A DNA stretch of 21,928 nucleotides from Thermoproteus sp. GTDB taxonomy: Archaea > Thermoproteota > Thermoprotei > Thermoproteales > Thermoproteaceae. The translations under genes and the position numbers were made by a program. The stretch covers positions 1-21,928 of the forward strand of contig JBMFIG010000022.1 in assembly GCA_049976425.1 (NCBI GenBank), written 5' to 3'. Under the pieces are notes generated by a model. That model made no database searches. It was not told the DNA's origin and was given only the letters and a program-made list of their open reading frames with translations. This document shows, one piece after another, positions 17,676 to 21,928 of this stretch (within the stretch, counting starts at the first letter, position 1; each line of letters begins with the position of its first letter).

Positions 17676-18569
17676 ATGAAGCTTCGAGGGAAGATAGCCG
17701 TCGTCACGGGCGGCGCGAGGGGTATCGGGGCCGCCATCGCCTACAAACTCGGCGTGGAGGGCGCCAGGGTGGTCCTCTTCGACGTGGATAGGGAGGGCGG
17801 AGAGTACAGAGAGAGGTGGCTCAAGGACCGAGGCGTCGACGCCCTCTTCGTCCACGGAGACGTGGCAGAGGAGCGGGACGTAGCGCGCCTCTTCGAGACG
17901 GTCGAGGGGAAGTACGGAGGCGTCGATATATTAATCAACAACGCTGGTGTGGGCAACTTCAAGGACTTCTTCGAGGAGACTCTGGAGGACTGGTATAGGG
18001 TCATCGACACGAACCTCACCGGGCCCTACCTCTGCTCCAAATACGCGGCCAGGATAATGGCGAGGAGGGGCGGAGGCGTCATAATCAACATAGCGTCGAC
18101 CCGCGCCTTCCAGTCGGAGCCCAACACGGCGCCCTACTCAGCCTCGAAGGGCGGGCTGATCGCCTTGACCCACTCGTTGGCGATCACGCTGGCCAAGTAC
18201 AGGATAAGGGTCGTGGCGGTGTCGCCGGGGTGGATAGACACCAGCGCCTGGCAGATACCTCCCAGAGAGCCGTCCCTGAATAGGCTGGACCACGGGCAAC
18301 ATCCGGCGGGGAGGGTGGGCGACCCCATGGACGTGGCGAACCTCGTGGCGTTCCTCGCCTCCGAAGAGGCCTCGTGGATAACCGGCGTCAACTTCACAAT
18401 AGACGGCGGCATGACGGTCAAGATGATATATCTGGATCCCGCCGTCATCTCCGACGCCATCTCTACGTTGACCGGAGACGCCGAGTTCTCCGCCCTCTTG
18501 AAGAAGGCGCTGGAGCGTTGGGACGAATACGGGCCGAAGGTCAGGGAGGCTCTGAGGAGCGCCCTCTAG
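17676..18569 (+). CDS. Short-chain dehydrogenase/reductase (classical SDR) with ~45-aa C-terminal extension
   Basis: TGGARGIG, NNAG, NIAS, YSASK, SPGWIDT and IDGG motifs. ATG at 17676. Confidence 0.95.
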   Translation: MKLRGKIAVVTGGARGIGAAIAYKLGVEGARVVLFDVDREGGEYRERWLKDRGVDALFVHGDVAEERDVARLFETVEGKYGGVDILINNAGVGNFKDFFEETLEDWYRVIDTNLTGPYLCSKYAARIMARRGGGVIINIASTRAFQSEPNTAPYSASKGGLIALTHSLAITLAKYRIRVVAVSPGWIDTSAWQIPPREPSLNRLDHGQHPAGRVGDPMDVANLVAFLASEEASWITGVNFTIDGGMTVKMIYLDPAVISDAISTLTGDAEFSALLKKALERWDEYGPKVREALRSAL

Positions 18570-18572
18570 CGC

Positions 18573-19448
18573 CTACCGGAGCAGGTGGCTCCCGTCGCAG
18601 TAGGTCCCAGGCGTGTTGAGGTCGAAGAACTCCTCCCTACATATATCGAACTGGAGCCCTCTGGCCTCCGCCTCGCGCTTGACGCGCTCCAGGACAGCCC
18701 TCCTGTACTCGGCCGGGGCGTACCTCTGGCCGTGCATGTAGACGCCTCTGACCCAGTAGAGCTCCCTCAGCTTGTCCGCCGCCTCGGGGAAGGCCTTGAC
18801 GAGCCGGGCGAAGTTGTCGGGCTTCGCCTTGTAGGTGCTGGCCACCAACTGCCGCGCGCCGGCCTCAGCCGCGGCGGCCACTACTGCCGATAGGGACTCC
18901 GGCGAGTCGTTGACGTAGGGCACTATGGGATCGAGCCTCACGCCCACCGGAATTCCCGCCTCGACCAGCCTCCTCGCCGCCTCCAGCCGGGCCGAGGGCC
19001 TAGGCGCCCGCGGCTCGAGCCTCTCGGCTATTCTCTCGTCCAGCGTCGTCACGGTGATCTGGACCGCGACCTTCCCAGGGTATTTCGACAAGATGTCGAG
19101 ATCCCTCAAGACCAGGGGGGACTTAGTGACTATCAAGACCTTGTGCCCCGCCTCCAGTATAAGCGAGAGGGCTCTCCGCGTTAGGCGGAGCTCGGCCTCC
19201 GGCGGGGTGTAGGGGTCGGACGAATTGGAGAGCGAGATCACGGAGCCCGGCGGCAGCTTCTTGAGATCGCGCCTCACCCTCTCCAGGAGATCCTCCTTGG
19301 GCCTGGGCTGGAAAGCCCTCGGTATATAGCTCGATATGTAGCAGTAGGCGCAGGAGTGGCCGCAGCCGGTGTAGGGGTTCAGCCCGTATTTGGGCGGGCA
19401 GGGGCAGAGCGGGTTCTTCCAGGGATCGAAAGGCCTTATCGCGGACAC
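18573..19448 (-). CDS. Radical SAM protein, spore-photoproduct-lyase (SplB)-like family
   Basis: LNPYTGCGHSCAYCY (CxxxCxxC), SDPY..E..LTR, TKS..VLRDLD and LEP.AP...RL motifs. Confidence 0.9.
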   Translation of the reverse strand: MSAIRPFDPWKNPLCPCPPKYGLNPYTGCGHSCAYCYISSYIPRAFQPRPKEDLLERVRRDLKKLPPGSVISLSNSSDPYTPPEAELRLTRRALSLILEAGHKVLIVTKSPLVLRDLDILSKYPGKVAVQITVTTLDERIAERLEPRAPRPSARLEAARRLVEAGIPVGVRLDPIVPYVNDSPESLSAVVAAAAEAGARQLVASTYKAKPDNFARLVKAFPEAADKLRELYWVRGVYMHGQRYAPAEYRRAVLERVKREAEARGLQFDICREEFFDLNTPGTYCDGSHLLR

Positions 19449-19521
19449 ATGGCCTAGCGCGTTGCCGGTTAAAAGCTAAGCGGCGGGGAGGAACAATATT
19501 TATATCCGCCGCGATATATTC

Positions 19522-20277
19522 ATGAAGACCGGGATAGGCCCCATCGACGGTCTGTTGCCGCCGGACGGGCTTCCGCCCGGCTACCTCGTGTTGCTCGAAG
19601 GGCATCTCGGGGTCGGGAAGACCTTCTTCGCGTACTGCTTCGCCGTCTCTGCGGCCAAGGCCAAGGCGCCGGCGGCCGTCTTCGCCGTGGACGCCCTACC
19701 CGAAGACGTGGCCGAGACCCTCAGGAGAAGGGGCATAGACCCGGGCTCCGTCGCCATCGTGGACGGGTTCTACGCCCCGACCGACAGGCTCAACAAGATG
19801 AAGGGGTGGAGCAAGGCCAAGCTCGACGTCCTCGACACGAAGGCGGTCTTGGACAAGCTTGCGGAGCTCGCCGACGAGGTGAGGGGCGGCGTCGTGGTGA
19901 TAGACTCCCTCAACGAGATCATATTGAGGACCTCCAACGTCTTCGAGCTGTTCAGAGGCCTCAAGATCTTCGCCAAGTACACCGGCTCGCTCGTCGTCGG
20001 GGTGGTCCACACCGACGTGGAGGACGTGAAGAACACTCTGGCCCTCGCCGAACATCTAGCCGACGTCATAATACAGGCCGAGATGGATCCCGATCTGGAG
20101 CAGATGGGCCTCTTCATAAGGAGGATAAGGGTCGCGAGGGCCAAGGGGCTCCAGGTGCCGCACGACTGGATACACGTCGACATAGTCGGTGGGAGGGTGG
20201 TTGAGGTCGACGTCAAGTCGTTGCTGAGGGATCTGAACAGGAAGGTGGCCGAGCTCGGGGTGAGGATCGGCGTCTGA
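19522..20277 (+). CDS. KaiC/RAD55-like RecA-superfamily ATPase
   Basis: MKTGIGPIDGLL, Walker A GHLGVGKT, Walker B VVVIDS, HLADVII. TTTATAT at 19499-19505. Confidence 0.9.
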   Translation: MKTGIGPIDGLLPPDGLPPGYLVLLEGHLGVGKTFFAYCFAVSAAKAKAPAAVFAVDALPEDVAETLRRRGIDPGSVAIVDGFYAPTDRLNKMKGWSKAKLDVLDTKAVLDKLAELADEVRGGVVVIDSLNEIILRTSNVFELFRGLKIFAKYTGSLVVGVVHTDVEDVKNTLALAEHLADVIIQAEMDPDLEQMGLFIRRIRVARAKGLQVPHDWIHVDIVGGRVVEVDVKSLLRDLNRKVAELGVRIGV

Positions 20278-20285
20278 TTTTTTAA
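20278..20285 (+). promoter_or_regulatory. T-tract/TATA element; probable terminator of the ATPase gene and promoter of the TnpB-like gene
   Basis: TTTTTTAA directly after the TGA at 20277 and 20-27 nt upstream of the ATG at 20305. Confidence 0.5.
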
Positions 20286-20304
20286 GACACCTCCCGACAG
20301 GCAT

Positions 20305-21036
20305 ATGCTGACGTACAGCCTCAAATGCGACGCCGAGAAGGCGAGGGAGGCGATCGGCGGCGACTACGCCGTGGTCGAGCTGGGAGGGCCCGTCAAGCTG
20401 GTCGAGTCGGTCGTGTCGCTCTACCTCGACGACATGCCCATATGCATGTACAAGTCCTGGCGCCTCACCTACACCGATCTGGCCCAGCTGGGCCTATCAA
20501 AGGCCGAGGTCTACGTCAAGGGCGGTAGATCCGTCGTGAGGCTTGTGAGGGACGACGAGAGGCTCGGGCTGAGGGAGCTGATAGAGGGCAGTCCCCTCAT
20601 AGTGCACGCCATGGACGTCAACGAGGCCGGCATAGCCTACAGAGTCTTCAGGCTCGGCGGATACACTGAGCTTCTGGCCAAGGGAGTCGCGTCGAGCATA
20701 TCGGAGGCCTTCGTGCCCAAGAAAGGCGTCAACATACTCGTGGCCGACATACCTATGATGCCGCAGTACAAGAGGCACCTCGAGGACCTCCTCGCCATCG
20801 GCCGGGAGCACTTCGTGGAGCTCCACACGACCATGCTCTCCGACGTCTGCCCCGTCTGCGGCGGGAGGATGGTGAAGAAGGGCCGCCTCGTCTACTGCCC
20901 CCGCTGCAAGGTCCAGCTCAATAGGGACGTCAACGCCGCGTGGACGCTGGCCAGGAACATAATAAGGAGGCTCGGGAGGATGGAGCAACTCGCCGAGCTG
21001 CGCGAGGTCTTCATGCTCTCCTACCCCGACGTCTGA
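20305..21036 (+). CDS. Shortened TnpB (IS200/IS605 OrfB)-derived protein with Zn ribbon
   Basis: RuvC-I-like HAMDVNE, RuvC-II-like ILVADI, CPVCG...CPRC Zn ribbon, RuvC-III NRDVNAA. Only 243 aa. No tnpA or IS ends seen. Confidence 0.8.
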   Translation: MLTYSLKCDAEKAREAIGGDYAVVELGGPVKLVESVVSLYLDDMPICMYKSWRLTYTDLAQLGLSKAEVYVKGGRSVVRLVRDDERLGLRELIEGSPLIVHAMDVNEAGIAYRVFRLGGYTELLAKGVASSISEAFVPKKGVNILVADIPMMPQYKRHLEDLLAIGREHFVELHTTMLSDVCPVCGGRMVKKGRLVYCPRCKVQLNRDVNAAWTLARNIIRRLGRMEQLAELREVFMLSYPDV

Positions 21037-21601
21037 GTATACGCCGGGCCTCCAAGAGGCCCCGCAGAGGGTCCACGCCGCACCCCAGCCTGGCCACGTC
21101 GAGCAGGACCCCGCCTGCAGGGTCGGGGCGCGCCTCAGCCCTCGCGAAGAAGTAGAGACCCCGCATCTTCACCACGGCGACGCCGTCCCTTAGGATCACG
21201 CCCCTGGGCCTCAACGCGGGCATCCTCGACCGGGAGAACCCCTCGACGGGGCCCACGGGCCCTATGGGCTCGAGGCAGATCGAGACCTCCCTAAACTCGG
21301 CGGCGAGGATGGGGCCCAAATCCGGCGGGAGGGGCCTAGATATCGGGAAGCACACGGACAGATCGGCCAGGAGGGTCCCGCCGAGCCAGCCCACCGAGAG
21401 CACGCCGAGGCTGGGAAGCTCCGAGGGGCATAGAGAGGCGCCCCACTCGCCCGCTATCTCCCGGGCGTAGGCCCGCGCGCGGTCGAGGAGCGCAGAGAGG
21501 GGGGCGGGCTCGCTATATAGCAGTGTGTAGCGGATCCTCCGTTGCGCTATCCCCTCTATGTAGGCCCTCCGGACAGCTACCGGCTCCACCAACGGGCTCA
21601 A
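21011..21601 (-). CDS. Hypothetical protein
   Basis: 196-aa ORF filling the gap with host-like composition. The start could instead be TTG 21592 or GTG 21589, given the TATA at 21613-21620. Overlaps the TnpB-like gene end by 26 nt. Confidence 0.7.
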   Translation of the reverse strand: MSPLVEPVAVRRAYIEGIAQRRIRYTLLYSEPAPLSALLDRARAYAREIAGEWGASLCPSELPSLGVLSVGWLGGTLLADLSVCFPISRPLPPDLGPILAAEFREVSICLEPIGPVGPVEGFSRSRMPALRPRGVILRDGVAVVKMRGLYFFARAEARPDPAGGVLLDVARLGCGVDPLRGLLEARRILRRRGRRA

Positions 21602-21640
21602 TAGAGCGCATCTTTATATACCCCCTCCCCAGCCAGACCT

Positions 21641-21724
21641 ATGCCTCGGGAGGAGGAGTGGGAGGAAGAAGAGGAGCTCTGGGAGGAGTTCGAGGAGGAG
21701 TGGGAAGAGGAAGAGGAGTGGTAA
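21641..21724 (+). CDS. Hyperacidic 27-aa Glu/Trp micropeptide
   Basis: MPREEEWEEEEELWEEFEEEWEEEEEW*. TTTATATA at 21613-21620 gives leaderless spacing, GAG/GAA synonymous variation is present, and a T-tract follows the stop. Confidence 0.7.
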   Translation: MPREEEWEEEEELWEEFEEEWEEEEEW

Positions 21725-21823
21725 CATAACCGCCTTTTTACATCTCTTACGCTTTTGGATTCGATTAGCGGCGTGATCGGCTCCATAGATCCTCAGCTGA
21801 GGCGATCAAACAAGCCCCCGCGA

Positions 21824-21928
21824 TGGCGGGCCCGGCGGGATTTCTAGGCGGCTTTGCCTGAACCCGCGACCTCCGCCCCACTAGGGACTACGGCTCAGAA
21901 GGCCGCCGCTCTTCCATGCTGAGCTACG
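21824..21928 (-). tRNA. tRNA-Arg(TCT) with two non-canonical introns (45/46 and 56/57); first ~5 nt outside the window
   Basis: D arm GCTC/GAGC, anticodon arm GCGGC-CTTCTGA-GCCGT (TCT at 21899-21897), T arm GCGGG-TTCAAAT-CCCGC after splicing, encoded CCA at 21826-21824. Introns at 21871-21887 and 21844-21859, each with BHB-type geometry. Confidence 0.93.

Noticed and set aside
20278-21100. Active IS200/IS605 element
   Set aside because: No tnpA or resolvase, no subterminal hairpins seen, no room for element ends, and the protein is much shorter than an active TnpB.
21598-21786. 62-aa Ser-rich minus-strand ORF
   Set aside because: It is the antisense reading of the Glu-rich micropeptide, which has the properly spaced promoter.
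21745-21823. Palindrome CCTCAGCTGAGG (21791-21802) and C/D-like words downstream of the tRNA
   Set aside because: Box matches and spacing are poor; a single 12-bp palindrome is insufficient evidence.

Overview
GC-rich, densely packed archaeal chromosome segment. It is most consistent with a Thermoproteales crenarchaeon (Thermoproteus/Pyrobaculum-like), inferred from a PaREP1 gene, leaderless genes with TATA boxes about 20-28 nt before the start codon, and a tRNA with non-canonical BHB introns. Core genes: two-subunit 2-oxoacid:ferredoxin oxidoreductase, Zn-alcohol dehydrogenase, His-type Thi4, Nudix hydrolase, MFS, CDF and ABC-2 transporters, a HEPN-MNT pair, tatC, leuS, PaREP1, a DedA-like protein, an SDR, an SPL-like radical SAM, a KaiC/RAD55-like ATPase, and tRNA-Arg(TCT) with two introns (cut by the window edge). 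Elements absent from the ORF track: a frameshifted TRASH-domain gene coupled to thi4, a K-turn H/ACA guide RNA after leuS, one clear and one partial C/D box sRNA, a 27-aa Glu/Trp micropeptide, a 38-aa small ORF, a GTGAAC/GTTCAC repeat cluster, and a ~95% AT island. The best novelty candidate is a 243-aa, apparently domesticated TnpB derivative with REC and bridge-helix segments missing and the RuvC-II Glu replaced, next to the KaiC-like ATPase. The second is a thi4-TRASH-Nudix thiazole module. All family calls come from motif recognition by eye; no searches were run.
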